From Acidobacteriota bacterium (GTDB lineage Bacteria > Acidobacteriota > UBA6911), in NCBI GenBank assembly GCA_963664705.1, contig OY761556.1:5248001-5312000 (forward strand): a stretch of 64,000 nt of DNA. Reading direction: 5' to 3'. The translations under genes were made by a program, and so were the position numbers. Below are positions 1 through 9,073 of this stretch, piece by piece. The stretch's first letter is position 1; every line of letters starts with the position of its first letter. Under the pieces are notes generated by a model. The model was not told the DNA's origin and did no database searches. It saw only the letters and a list, made by a program, of their open reading frames with translations.

Positions 1-780
1 ATCGCCGGCATCATGCCGCTTCCCATTAAACTTAAATGCCAGGACTCGCTCGCGCGCAAGCAGTCGCCGCAGCCCATCCGTCAACTGGATTTCTCCACCG
101 CTTCCCTTACCCGTTTCCTCGAGCATTTCAAAAATCGCCGGCGTCAGTATGTATCTTCCGATAATCGCGAGATTGGAAGGAGCTTCCCCTCGCTTGGGTT
201 TTTCCACCATATCGCTGACTTCGTACAATGCGCCGTTCCCTTCCGGCATCTGGCGCCCTTTTATGATGCCATAGCGCCCGGTTTCCTCCTCGGGAACTTC
301 CATCAACGCCACTACGCTCGTGTGGTAGCGCTCATAGATGTCCAGCATCTGCCGGATACAAGGGACCTCTGAAACAATTACATCATCTCCCAGCAGAACA
401 GCAAACGGCTCGTCGTTCACCAGGGGCCGTGCCACCAGAATCGCATGCCCCAGACCCAGTGCCTCCTTCTGCCGAATATAAGCAAGGTGCACCATCTCCG
501 ATACGGTGCGCACCCGGTTCAGCAGATCCGATTTGCCCCGCTCTTCGAGTATTTTCTCCAACTCATACGAAACGTCGAAATGATCCTCAATCGCGGTTTT
601 GCCTCTGCCGGTAATAATGACGAGGTTTTCAATTCCGGAGGCCATTGCTTCCTCTACCGCATACTGAATAATGGGCTTATCCACAAGCGGAAGCATTTCC
701 TTCGGCTGGGCCTTGGTCGCCGGAAGGAAGCGCGTGCCCAATCCTGCTGCAGGGAAGACTGCTCTTCTGACTTTTTTCAT
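1..780 (-). CDS. galU: UTP--glucose-1-phosphate uridylyltransferase (3' end runs off window)
   Basis: Not in the ORF track. Manual translation from ATG at 780 gives MKKVRRAVFPAAGLGTRFLPATKAQPKEMLPLVDKPIIQYAVEEA, the GalU N-terminal signature. Confidence 0.95.
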   Translation of the reverse strand, partial: MKKVRRAVFPAAGLGTRFLPATKAQPKEMLPLVDKPIIQYAVEEAMASGIENLVIITGRGKTAIEDHFDVSYELEKILEERGKSDLLNRVRTVSEMVHLAYIRQKEALGLGHAILVARPLVNDEPFAVLLGDDVIVSEVPCIRQMLDIYERYHTSVVALMEVPEEETGRYGIIKGRQMPEGNGALYEVSDMVEKPKRGEAPSNLAIIGRYILTPAIFEMLEETGKGSGGEIQLTDGLRRLLARERVLAFKFNGKRHDAGD

Positions 781-970
781 GTGGTTTCTCTCGAGCCGCC
801 CCGTTTCTGTGGGTCTATGTTCCTATCTGCAACCGTTTGCTGAAAATGTGATTGAAACAATGGCATCTCGCAAAGTCAATGATAGAATGCAAACTGGTGT
901 CGGTTGCCCGGCTCATTATCCGTAAGGGAGCGCGGACGCGGATACCATTTTACTGGGGAAGGAATCCACC

Positions 971-2248
971 ATGCTGGATAAGAATTTTGTGCAGGAAAAC
1001 CTGGATTTTGTCCGCGAGCGGCTTGCGGCTCGCGGCGGCAATTATCCACTGGATGAGCTCATCGCTACCAATGCGGAGCGGAAAAATATGTTGCTCCAGG
1101 TCGAGGAACTCAAACGCAGACGCAATGAGGAGTCGGAGGCAATCGGAAAACTGAAGCGCGCTGGAAGCGATACTTCAGAACGACAAGCCAAGGTAAGAGA
1201 AATTTCGGCCGAGATCAAATCGCTAGAAGAAAGATCGGGCGGTGTCGAACTGCGCCTGGATTCAATACTTCACGGAATTCCAAATCTCCCGCATTCCTCG
1301 GTGCCGATCGGTTGCGACGAAAACTCCAATTGCGAGGTACGCCGGTGGGGCAATGCACCCGTTTTTGACTTCCAGCCGCTGGATCATGTAGAGCTCGGAA
1401 CATCCCTGGGCATCCTCGATATGGATCGAGCATCCAAAATCGCCGGCGCAAGGTTCTCGCTGTTGCTCAAAGCCGGCGCTTTGATGGAACGCGCCTTGAT
1501 AAACTTTATGTTGGACGTTCACACCAGGTTTCACGGTTACGAGGAAGTTGTGCCGCCTCTCATGGCAAATGCCAACAGCCTCTTCGGCACAGGGAATCTC
1601 CCCAAATTTGCACAGGATCTCTTCAAGATTGAAGGGTGGCCCTACTACCTGATACCGACGGCAGAGGTTCCAGTCACTAATATTTACCAGGACGAAATAC
1701 TGGACGCTTCCGAGCTGCCGAAGAAATTTGTCGCCTACACGCCATGCTTCCGCAGCGAGGCCGGATCCCATGGGAAGGATGTTCGAGGCCTTATCCGCCA
1801 ACATCAGTTCAATAAGGTCGAACTGGTCAAGTTCGTTGAGCCGTCCAAATCCTACGAAGAGCATGAGTCTCTTACAAGGGATGCGGAAGACATCCTTCAG
1901 CGGCTGGGACTGCACTATCGCGTTGTTGTCCTCAGCACTGGGGACATGGGTTTTTCCAGTGCAAAGACCTACGATATTGAGGTCTGGCTTCCAAGCCAGA
2001 ACCGGTTCAGGGAAATTTCGTCCTGCAGCAACTTCGAGGCATTCCAGGCCAGGCGCGCGAAAATACGCGTCCGGAACGAGGATGGGAAACGTCAGTTCAT
2101 TCACACGCTGAATGGCTCAGGGATTGCTATCGGTCGGACCTGGCTTGCTATTCTCGAGAACTATCAGCAAAAGGATGGCTCCGTCGTCATTCCCGAAGCG
2201 CTGAGACCCTATATGGGGGGGATGGAAGTAATTCAAAAAGCAAAATAG
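971..2248 (+). CDS. serS: Serine--tRNA ligase
   Basis: N-terminal coiled coil; motifs [41 protein letters not shown]. Confidence 0.98.
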   Translation: MLDKNFVQENLDFVRERLAARGGNYPLDELIATNAERKNMLLQVEELKRRRNEESEAIGKLKRAGSDTSERQAKVREISAEIKSLEERSGGVELRLDSILHGIPNLPHSSVPIGCDENSNCEVRRWGNAPVFDFQPLDHVELGTSLGILDMDRASKIAGARFSLLLKAGALMERALINFMLDVHTRFHGYEEVVPPLMANANSLFGTGNLPKFAQDLFKIEGWPYYLIPTAEVPVTNIYQDEILDASELPKKFVAYTPCFRSEAGSHGKDVRGLIRQHQFNKVELVKFVEPSKSYEEHESLTRDAEDILQRLGLHYRVVVLSTGDMGFSSAKTYDIEVWLPSQNRFREISSCSNFEAFQARRAKIRVRNEDGKRQFIHTLNGSGIAIGRTWLAILENYQQKDGSVVIPEALRPYMGGMEVIQKAK

Positions 2249-2265
2249 TTTGACGCGATCTGCAA

Positions 2266-2308
2266 AAAAAGGCGGAAACCATGGAGGAGTTTTGGTTTCC
2301 GCCTTTTT
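2266..2308. terminator. Bidirectional intrinsic terminator between convergent genes
   Basis: Stem AAAAAGGCGGAAACCA / TGGTTTCCGCCTTTTT with A and T tracts on either side. Confidence 0.85.
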
Positions 2309-2327
2309 CTTTTCTAATTACAGATTT

Positions 2328-2993
2328 CTAGCGGGTTTTGGCGACGGTACTTTCGTTCTCGGCCGGAACATACAACGGCTTGTCCAGTACGATATTCAAT
2401 GAAGAGCCTCTCGGAAGCTCAATCTCTTTGCCCCGTGAGCTGAATACCGTGGCCAATCCTACTGCCGCTCCAATTCCGGCTCCAATCCCGGCGCCTCTTC
2501 TTCCACCGGCAATAGTTCCAATGCCGGCTCCGATAAGACCGGGCGTCAATACCCTTCCGAAATCCTTCCCGGTAGAACCTTCGCCCTCAATGGTCCCTTC
2601 CGTGCTGAGTCCGCTGTTCCCTTCCCGACCCACTCCCGCCAGGGTTGCAACGATAGGCATGGGACCTCGACCCGGAATTTCAATGGTCTGAAAGAGCAGC
2701 GTCATTGCAGCCTTCCCCTTTACACGGCCCGGCCGAAGAATGCGCGCAATGCTCCCGGTCACCTGACTCCCTTTCGGAACTGCGATGCGATCTCCGATCG
2801 TAACGGGTTCTGTTACGATCGCTTTGAACACATCCCCTTCAATGTTTTTAGTGCTGATATTATTGTTCAGTTGCAGGTAGATCCGTGTACCTTCGGGCAG
2901 GACGACCTCTGACGCCGCCGAACCTAGCTGGGGAGACAGGGCCATAATGAAAAGCAGCACACCTATCAGTTGTAAGCTGCTGTATTTTCTCAT
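2328..2993 (-). CDS. Exported protein with VirB10/TrbI-like beta domain and glycine zipper
   Basis: Signal-like N-terminus; LPEGTRI...VPKGSQVTG...LPRGSSL pattern; GAGIGAGIGAAVG zipper. Start uncertain (ORF extends to 3029). Confidence 0.6.
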   Translation of the reverse strand: MRKYSSLQLIGVLLFIMALSPQLGSAASEVVLPEGTRIYLQLNNNISTKNIEGDVFKAIVTEPVTIGDRIAVPKGSQVTGSIARILRPGRVKGKAAMTLLFQTIEIPGRGPMPIVATLAGVGREGNSGLSTEGTIEGEGSTGKDFGRVLTPGLIGAGIGTIAGGRRGAGIGAGIGAAVGLATVFSSRGKEIELPRGSSLNIVLDKPLYVPAENESTVAKTR

Positions 2994-3205
2994 CTTTTCA
3001 TTTTTACACGGCCACATATTCACTTCCAATCACTAAAATGGATGATGCATTGTCCCCAAGGGTTCAGCTTTTCTTGGGTGCCATCCCAGGGAAAACTCGG
3101 AAAGAAGTGGACCGGCACCAAAGAAATACAACTAAATAGAAGAAAATAAAAGAGATTTATTCTCTCTTTCTTGACTGTGCCCTGTAAGGCTGATAGTTTT
3201 CAGCC

Positions 3206-3940
3206 ATGGAATACGAGTCTTCGCCTGTAGAAGTGCCCGGAAAATCATGGGGCGATCGCCTTCAGGCTTTTATCGAAGTCCTCCTGCTCTCCGGGCTCGC
3301 ATCAACATTTCTTGCTTCTCTTGGCCTTGCGCTTTTTCATATCCGAAGTATGGAGCGCCTTCTTCAGGATGTTCGACTCCTTTCGCTCTACCTGCTGGCT
3401 GAATCGGTGATCACATTGCTGTTGCTGGCAGGAATGCTAAAGCTGCACCGGGAATCGATGGCCAGCATCGGATTCTGCTGGGCAAACTGGAAAAGGAATT
3501 TGGTTACGGGCCTGGCCCTCGTTCCCTTTCTGTTCATGATCAATGGGCTGGTCGCCATCCTCTTTAAGCTTTACCTGCCAAAGTATTACATGGAGGATAA
3601 TCCTCTCATTCAAAATGTTCACACACCCCAACAAGTGGCGCTCCTTATCTTTTCGGCTCTTATCGCCGGAGGATTTAAGGAGGAAATGCAGCGCGCCTTC
3701 ATCTTGAACAGATTTAGGAACCATCTCGGAGGCGCGGGAGTCGGGCTGGTCCTTTGGAGCCTCGCCTTCGGAGCAGGCCATTACGTCCAAGGGGCTCAGG
3801 GTGTCGTGATTGCATCGCTCTATGGATTCCTTTTTGGAATCATGTACCTTCTCAGCGGAAGCCTCGTTGCACCTATAGCTGCCCACGGTGCCTACGACGC
3901 ACTGGCGATCCTGGCCTACTGGCTGTTACCGACACATTAA
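3206..3940 (+). CDS. CPBP (Abi/CAAX-type) intramembrane glutamic endopeptidase
   Basis: Multi-TM; EExxxR (EEMQR), FxxxH (FGAGH) and HxxxD (HGAYD) motifs. Confidence 0.85.
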   Translation: MEYESSPVEVPGKSWGDRLQAFIEVLLLSGLASTFLASLGLALFHIRSMERLLQDVRLLSLYLLAESVITLLLLAGMLKLHRESMASIGFCWANWKRNLVTGLALVPFLFMINGLVAILFKLYLPKYYMEDNPLIQNVHTPQQVALLIFSALIAGGFKEEMQRAFILNRFRNHLGGAGVGLVLWSLAFGAGHYVQGAQGVVIASLYGFLFGIMYLLSGSLVAPIAAHGAYDALAILAYWLLPTH

Positions 3941-4047
3941 ATGGCGGATATCGCTTCCCGGCGTTTCGTTTTCCGGAGCGTCACTCCGAACGTAATCCTA
4001 TTGGTCCCCGCTTTTTACGCCGATAATGATGCCCGACAAGGTTCGCT

Positions 4048-5442
4048 ATGAATACCCGCAGCAAGATGCTGGAAATACTGCTGGAATTGCACCACAAAAG
4101 TCGCAGCGGTATTCTCCGTGGCCAAAGGGATACCAAGAAGAAACAGCTGGTTCTGAATAACGGCCTTCTGGCTTTTGCTGAAAGCAATGTCCCGGAAGAG
4201 CATCTCGCCCATATCATGGTTGCAATGGACCTTATCCCGCGCGCCAGCCTGAACGACATCGTCACTTTTATGAAGGAAGGCAAAACAAGTGAGGAAGCTC
4301 TTCTCTCACTTCCGGAAGCCGATCCGCGAAACATTGAAATGGGAAGGCGGGAACAGGCCATCCAGATTACGGCCTCACTTTTGGGTTGGGAAGGCGGCGA
4401 TTTCCGGCTGCATCGTGGAGACAATTTTGCCCCTCCGCCGTCAAATCTGAATATGCCGATGCTGGAACTGGCGACACTCGCGGTGCGAAGGGCTGTCTCC
4501 AAGCGAATCCTATCCATGCCTTCCGGTTTTTTGAGCGGCACGCTCGAAGTCATGGATACTCGCGGTCGGGAATTCCCCCTAAATTCTGCAGAACTGCAAG
4601 CCCATTCCGCGCTGAAGTCCGAACGACCCGCGGCGGAACTGCTCCCGTTGATTCCTGAAGGTTCATTGAAACCAGAGCACACCTTGCTTGCCCTGTATCA
4701 TCTTGGACTGATCGAATACCATGAGAAGAAAGATGCGGCAGATGAAGCATCGGCCTCCAATCCGCTTGTACTAAGACTCAACGAACTGCAAACACAGTTT
4801 GAATCCGCCAATCTCTATGAAGTTCTGGCCGTCAGTGCAGACGCAACGCAGAACCAGATACAAGCCGCCTATCACGAACAGGCTAAACAACTGCATCCCG
4901 ACAGGTTCCAGACCAATGAATTCTCGCCGCGGATTCGGGCGGCCGCCGAGCGGGTATTCGCAAAGATCAACGAAGCCTATCACACGCTTAAAAATGTAAA
5001 CTCCCGAAAACTCTACGATCTGGAATTGCCTAAGAAAAAACCCGCCGTAACCCAACAGAAAGCTGCAGCCACGCAGAATGCCGAAACGGCGGAAGGTCTC
5101 TTCCGCGAAGGAAGGAGTCTTCTCGCAAAAGGAGATGTGGACACCGCCGTTGAACGTCTGCGCGGCAGTGTCTGGCTTTGCCCGGAAAAAGCTTCCTACA
5201 ACTATTATCTGGGCTTGGCCGAAGCACGCATCCCGAAGTTCAGAAAAAGCGCAGAAAGACATTTCCTCAAAGCCATCGAGCTGGAAGACACTTCGGTGGA
5301 TTCCCACCTGGCCCTGGCGCGGCTCTATATTGATGTCCGGCTTCCCAGAAAAGCGGAATTGCAGCTGGATAAGGTGCTTCTTTGGGAACCGAATCATGCC
5401 GAAGCCCAAATGTTGTCCGCTGAACTGAAAAAGCTCCGTTAG
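4048..5442 (+). CDS. J-domain protein with N-terminal DUF4388-like region and C-terminal TPRs
   Basis: NLYEVLAV...AYHEQAKQLHPDRF...INEAYHTL J domain with intact HPD; TPR-like helices at the C-terminus. Confidence 0.8.
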   Translation: MNTRSKMLEILLELHHKSRSGILRGQRDTKKKQLVLNNGLLAFAESNVPEEHLAHIMVAMDLIPRASLNDIVTFMKEGKTSEEALLSLPEADPRNIEMGRREQAIQITASLLGWEGGDFRLHRGDNFAPPPSNLNMPMLELATLAVRRAVSKRILSMPSGFLSGTLEVMDTRGREFPLNSAELQAHSALKSERPAAELLPLIPEGSLKPEHTLLALYHLGLIEYHEKKDAADEASASNPLVLRLNELQTQFESANLYEVLAVSADATQNQIQAAYHEQAKQLHPDRFQTNEFSPRIRAAAERVFAKINEAYHTLKNVNSRKLYDLELPKKKPAVTQQKAAATQNAETAEGLFREGRSLLAKGDVDTAVERLRGSVWLCPEKASYNYYLGLAEARIPKFRKSAERHFLKAIELEDTSVDSHLALARLYIDVRLPRKAELQLDKVLLWEPNHAEAQMLSAELKKLR

Positions 5443-5524
5443 TCTAAGTCTACCCTGTCCTGCATTTCCATGTTAAGATTCGCTCTCGCAAACGAAGCGA
5501 ACAATTCCAGTACGAGGTGATTGC

Positions 5525-6613
5525 ATGGAAAAGAAACAGCCACTTAGCTATCAAAGTGCCGGAGTGGACTCGGGACAAAAAGATCAGGCTATGGAACGCC
5601 TCGGCAATTGGGTCGAACGAAGCTTCACATTGCGCCCCGGCGAGGTCAAGCTTCCGCTTGGCTACTTTGCCAACGTGATAGATGGCGGTAACGGAATGGG
5701 CATTGCCGTTTCCACCGATGGGGTAGGAACCAAGATTCTCGTAGCAGAGATGCTCGATAAATATGATACCGTCGGGATCGATTGCATCGCCATGAACGTC
5801 AATGACGTTCTGTGCGTTGGAGCGGAGCCACTGGCGATTCTGGATTATATTGCGGTCCAGGTTCCCCATCCCGATCTTCTGGAAAGTCTTGCCAAAGGGC
5901 TTTATCGCGGAGCGGAGATGGCCCGCGTCACCATACCCGGCGGCGAAATTGCTCAAATAAAGGAAATGATCCAGGGGAAACGCGAAGGGTACGCCTTTGA
6001 CCTCGTGGCCACCTGCGTCGGCAAGGTTCCATTGGACCGAATCCTGATTGGCGCCGACATCAAGGCCGGCGATGCCATCATCGGATTGGCATCCAGCGGA
6101 ATTCACAGCAACGGCTTGACGCTGGCACGGCGCGTGTTCTTCGAAGATGCCGGTTGGGCTCCCGATCATTATGTTCCTGAATTCGGACGAACCCTCGGTG
6201 AAGAGCTTCTCGAACCCACACGCATTTATGTGCGCGAAGTGCGCGAAATGATCGACGCCGGATTGCGCGTCAAGGCGCTGGCACACATCACCAGCACGGG
6301 GTTCCTTAATCTCAGCCGCGCGACGGCGCCCGTCGGCTATGTATTGGATAAGTTGCCGGAAACGCCGGCTATTTTCCGATTGCTGCAACAGCACGGCGCT
6401 ATCAGTGATGCAGATATGCATTTCACATATAACATGGGTATCGGGTTCTGCGTTGTCATCGCACCGGAAGACGCAGACGCCGCCATGGCTATTGCCCGCA
6501 AACACAACGCTTCCTGCTCTGTCATCGGCCACACGGTCAATGATCCGGAAAGAAAGGTTCTTCTACCATCCGTCAAGTTGATCGGAAGCAATGATGTGTT
6601 TGAAAAGCAGTAG
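5525..6613 (+). CDS. purM: Phosphoribosylformylglycinamidine cyclo-ligase (AIR synthetase)
   Basis: LSYQSAGVD, STDGVGTK, AMNVNDV, SSGIHSNG, YNMGIG motifs. Confidence 0.97.
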   Translation: MEKKQPLSYQSAGVDSGQKDQAMERLGNWVERSFTLRPGEVKLPLGYFANVIDGGNGMGIAVSTDGVGTKILVAEMLDKYDTVGIDCIAMNVNDVLCVGAEPLAILDYIAVQVPHPDLLESLAKGLYRGAEMARVTIPGGEIAQIKEMIQGKREGYAFDLVATCVGKVPLDRILIGADIKAGDAIIGLASSGIHSNGLTLARRVFFEDAGWAPDHYVPEFGRTLGEELLEPTRIYVREVREMIDAGLRVKALAHITSTGFLNLSRATAPVGYVLDKLPETPAIFRLLQQHGAISDADMHFTYNMGIGFCVVIAPEDADAAMAIARKHNASCSVIGHTVNDPERKVLLPSVKLIGSNDVFEKQ

Positions 6614-7286
6614 ACAGGAGTAAGGAGACAGGAGACAGGAGACAAGACGCCGGCGCCCCAGTGCTTTGCTCCTGGCTTTGGCAGCCGGCAGACTCTCTAA
6701 AGCGAGACGAGCGGCAGATTGCTGCGCTTCCTTTTTGGTCTTGCCGGAAGACTCTGCAATGATATCTCCGTGAATTAACACCTGCACAACAAACGTCTTC
6801 CTCTGGTCAGATCCTACAAGTTACTCGGAAGCAATGATGTGTTTGAAAAGCAGTAGACAGGAGTAAGGAGACAGGAGACAAGACGCGCCGGCGCGCCGGC
6901 GCTTTGCTCCTGGCTTTGGCAGCCGGCAGACTCTCTAAAGCGAGACGAGCGGCAGATTGCTGCGCTTCCTTTTTGGTCTTGCCGGAAGACTCTGTAATGA
7001 TATCTCCGTGAATTAACACCTGCACAACAAACGTCTTCCTCTGGTCAGATCCTACAAGTTACTCGGAAGCAATGATGTGTTTGAAAAGCAGTAGACAGGA
7101 GACAGGAGACAAGACGCGCCGGCGCCCCAGCGCTTTACTCCTGGCTTTTGGCAGCCGGCAGACTCTCTAAAGCGAGACGAGCGGCAGATTGCTGCGCTTC
7201 CTTTTTAGTCTTGCCGGAAGACTCTGCAATGATATCTCCGTGAATTAACACCTGCACAACAAACGTCTTCCTGTGGTCTGGTCCTA
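6574..7286. repeat. Three imperfect tandem copies (~243/238/232 bp) of a unit made of purM 3' end + spacer + rnc 3' end
   Basis: TCGGAAGCAATGATGTGTTTGAAAAGCAGTAG starts at 6582, 6825 and 7063. The rnc-derived segment recurs in each unit and ORFs 6563-6787 and 6807-7025 repeat the Rnc C-terminus. Confidence 0.97.
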
Positions 7287-7881
7287 TTTCGGCCACTACC
7301 CGGTATTCCGGCTCCGGGCGGCCCATATTGTGCAAATGTTCCTGGAGCGCGGATTTGAAATCGCCGTAGGTCAACTGCTTCAGATCCAGTCCATTCAGGA
7401 ATTCCTCAATCTGCCGGTAGACAAAGTCCGAAACCGCATGAACGCCGCCATCCAGGTACATGGCGCCGATAATGGCTTCATAAGCATCGACGACAATGGC
7501 GCGTTTCGTTCGGCCGCCGGTTTTTTCCTCGCCACGGCTCAGGCGGATATAGTCTCCGAGATGAATCCCTTCGGCAAAAAGTACAAGGTTTGCGGCGCTG
7601 ACCAGGTAAGCCTTGATTTTGCTGAGTTCTCCTTCGGTTAATTCCGGATAATGCTGAAAGATCCGCGAGCTTACAATGAAGCCGAGAACGGCATCTCCCA
7701 GGAATTCCAGTGATTCGTTATTGCGCAGCTTCTCCCCTTCGTGCTCATTCACAAAGGAGCGGTGCGTCAGAGCCTGTGCAAGCAATTGCTGATTACCAAA
7801 TCTATATCCCAGAAGACTTTCCAATTCCTGCAATGATTTCTGCGGAACTGAATCTCCTGCAGGATTCTCATTCATACCCAC
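7135..7881 (-). CDS. rnc: Ribonuclease III
   Basis: ALTHRS and NESLEFLGDAVL signature; C-terminal dsRBD (DFKSALQE...GPDH...KKEAQQSAA). Confidence 0.97.
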   Translation of the reverse strand: MGMNENPAGDSVPQKSLQELESLLGYRFGNQQLLAQALTHRSFVNEHEGEKLRNNESLEFLGDAVLGFIVSSRIFQHYPELTEGELSKIKAYLVSAANLVLFAEGIHLGDYIRLSRGEEKTGGRTKRAIVVDAYEAIIGAMYLDGGVHAVSDFVYRQIEEFLNGLDLKQLTYGDFKSALQEHLHNMGRPEPEYRVVAEIGPDHRKTFVVQVLIHGDIIAESSGKTKKEAQQSAARLALESLPAAKSQE

Positions 7882-7978
7882 ACCTCACCGGAAGCCCGAA
7901 TCAACATAAGCATACGTCTCCATAATTTCCAGAACAATCTTTAATGGAAGGCTTTGGCGGAAGTACCGGGGAGCCGTT

Positions 7979-9073
7979 TTAATTCCTTAATTTTCTAAAA
8001 TGGTCCCAGCCGGAGCGTGGAAGTGGACCCAGGCGTTCTCCATTGGGCGCTGCCATCCATATCTTTTCCTTTTCAGCGATCAGCCGCCCTATGCAGGTGA
8101 TCGGGGAGAATTTTGCAGGATACGTTTTCTCGAGCCTGGATCTGTTGGAAGCCGGCACAACGAACAGCAATTCATAATCCTCTCCGCCATGCAGCGCAAG
8201 CTGCACTGGATCACAGCCCCATGAAGCGGATTCCCGGAAAAACGGGAGGTCCGTCATGACGATCTCAGCGCCGACGCCGCTGGCCGCACAGATGCGCGGG
8301 AGGTCTGAAGAGAGTCCGTCGCTTAAATCCATCATGCTGCTTACCAGCCCGGACTGCGAAAGCCAAAGCCCGGCCTCGCACCGTGGGTCCGGATCGCGGT
8401 GGGCACGCAGCGCTTCCAAACGATGACGTCCCCGTATATTCCTGCCCTGACTTTTCTGAAGCAGCGCTAATCCTGCGGCAGAACGGCCAAGAATGCCCGT
8501 CACATAGACGAGATCCCCGGGTTTTCCGCCGGAACGATACACCACCTTTCGCTTGTGTGACTCCCCGAAGGCCGTTACGGATATCGCAAGGTGCGCTTTC
8601 ACGCCCGATAGATCCCCGCCGATCAGATCTGCTCCATACGTCTTCGCTTTTTCCGTCAGTCCGTCGTGGAAATCCATGATCCAGCGCTCAGGGATATCGG
8701 GAGTAACGGCCAGTGAAACAGTGTAGAACCTGGGGATGGCTCCCATGGCCGCAAGATCACTCAGGTTGACCGCCATTGACTTTCTGCCCAACAATCGAGC
8801 GCTGGTCCAGTCGCGGCGAAAGTCGATCTCTTCCACCAGCATGTCCGTTGTGATCAGCCAGTATTCCGTTGCACCACGCGGAAGAATTACGGCCGCGTCA
8901 TCTCCAATCCCTTTTTTAATCAGCGGGTTTTTCGCAGAATAGCGCTGCTGCAACAGGCGGACGAGTCGGTCTTCACTGGCAGGTCTCGCCTTTTTGGTGG
9001 CCATAGGGGGAACGTTTCCTAAGGGAGCGCCGGCGCTCCCGGTCATTTCGCTTGCAAACCGTGATTCTATCAC
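7979..9073 (-). CDS. thiL: Thiamine-monophosphate kinase
   Basis: GIGDDAA, NLSDLAAMGA, IGGD, MDLSDGL, GGEDYELL. Start is either GTG 9073 (overlapping the lon stop) or ATG 9004. Confidence 0.95.
   Translation of the reverse strand: MIESRFASEMTGSAGAPLGNVPPMATKKARPASEDRLVRLLQQRYSAKNPLIKKGIGDDAAVILPRGATEYWLITTDMLVEEIDFRRDWTSARLLGRKSMAVNLSDLAAMGAIPRFYTVSLAVTPDIPERWIMDFHDGLTEKAKTYGADLIGGDLSGVKAHLAISVTAFGESHKRKVVYRSGGKPGDLVYVTGILGRSAAGLALLQKSQGRNIRGRHRLEALRAHRDPDPRCEAGLWLSQSGLVSSMMDLSDGLSSDLPRICAASGVGAEIVMTDLPFFRESASWGCDPVQLALHGGEDYELLFVVPASNRSRLEKTYPAKFSPITCIGRLIAEKEKIWMAAPNGERLGPLPRSGWDHFRKLRN

Noticed and set aside
13-1154. Plus-strand ORFs 13-372, 445-843, 671-925 and 852-1154
   Set aside because: Shadows of galU on the minus strand or out-of-frame overlaps with serS.
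6563-7025. ORFs 6563-6787 and 6807-7025 as functional mini-dsRBD genes
   Set aside because: They encode only the last strand and helix of the dsRBD, have no RBS and are frameshifted at the end; they are by-products of the triplication.
6574-7286. CRISPR array or prophage att-site interpretation of the repeats
   Set aside because: Whole ~240-bp units repeat with no unique spacers, and there is no cas or integrase gene.
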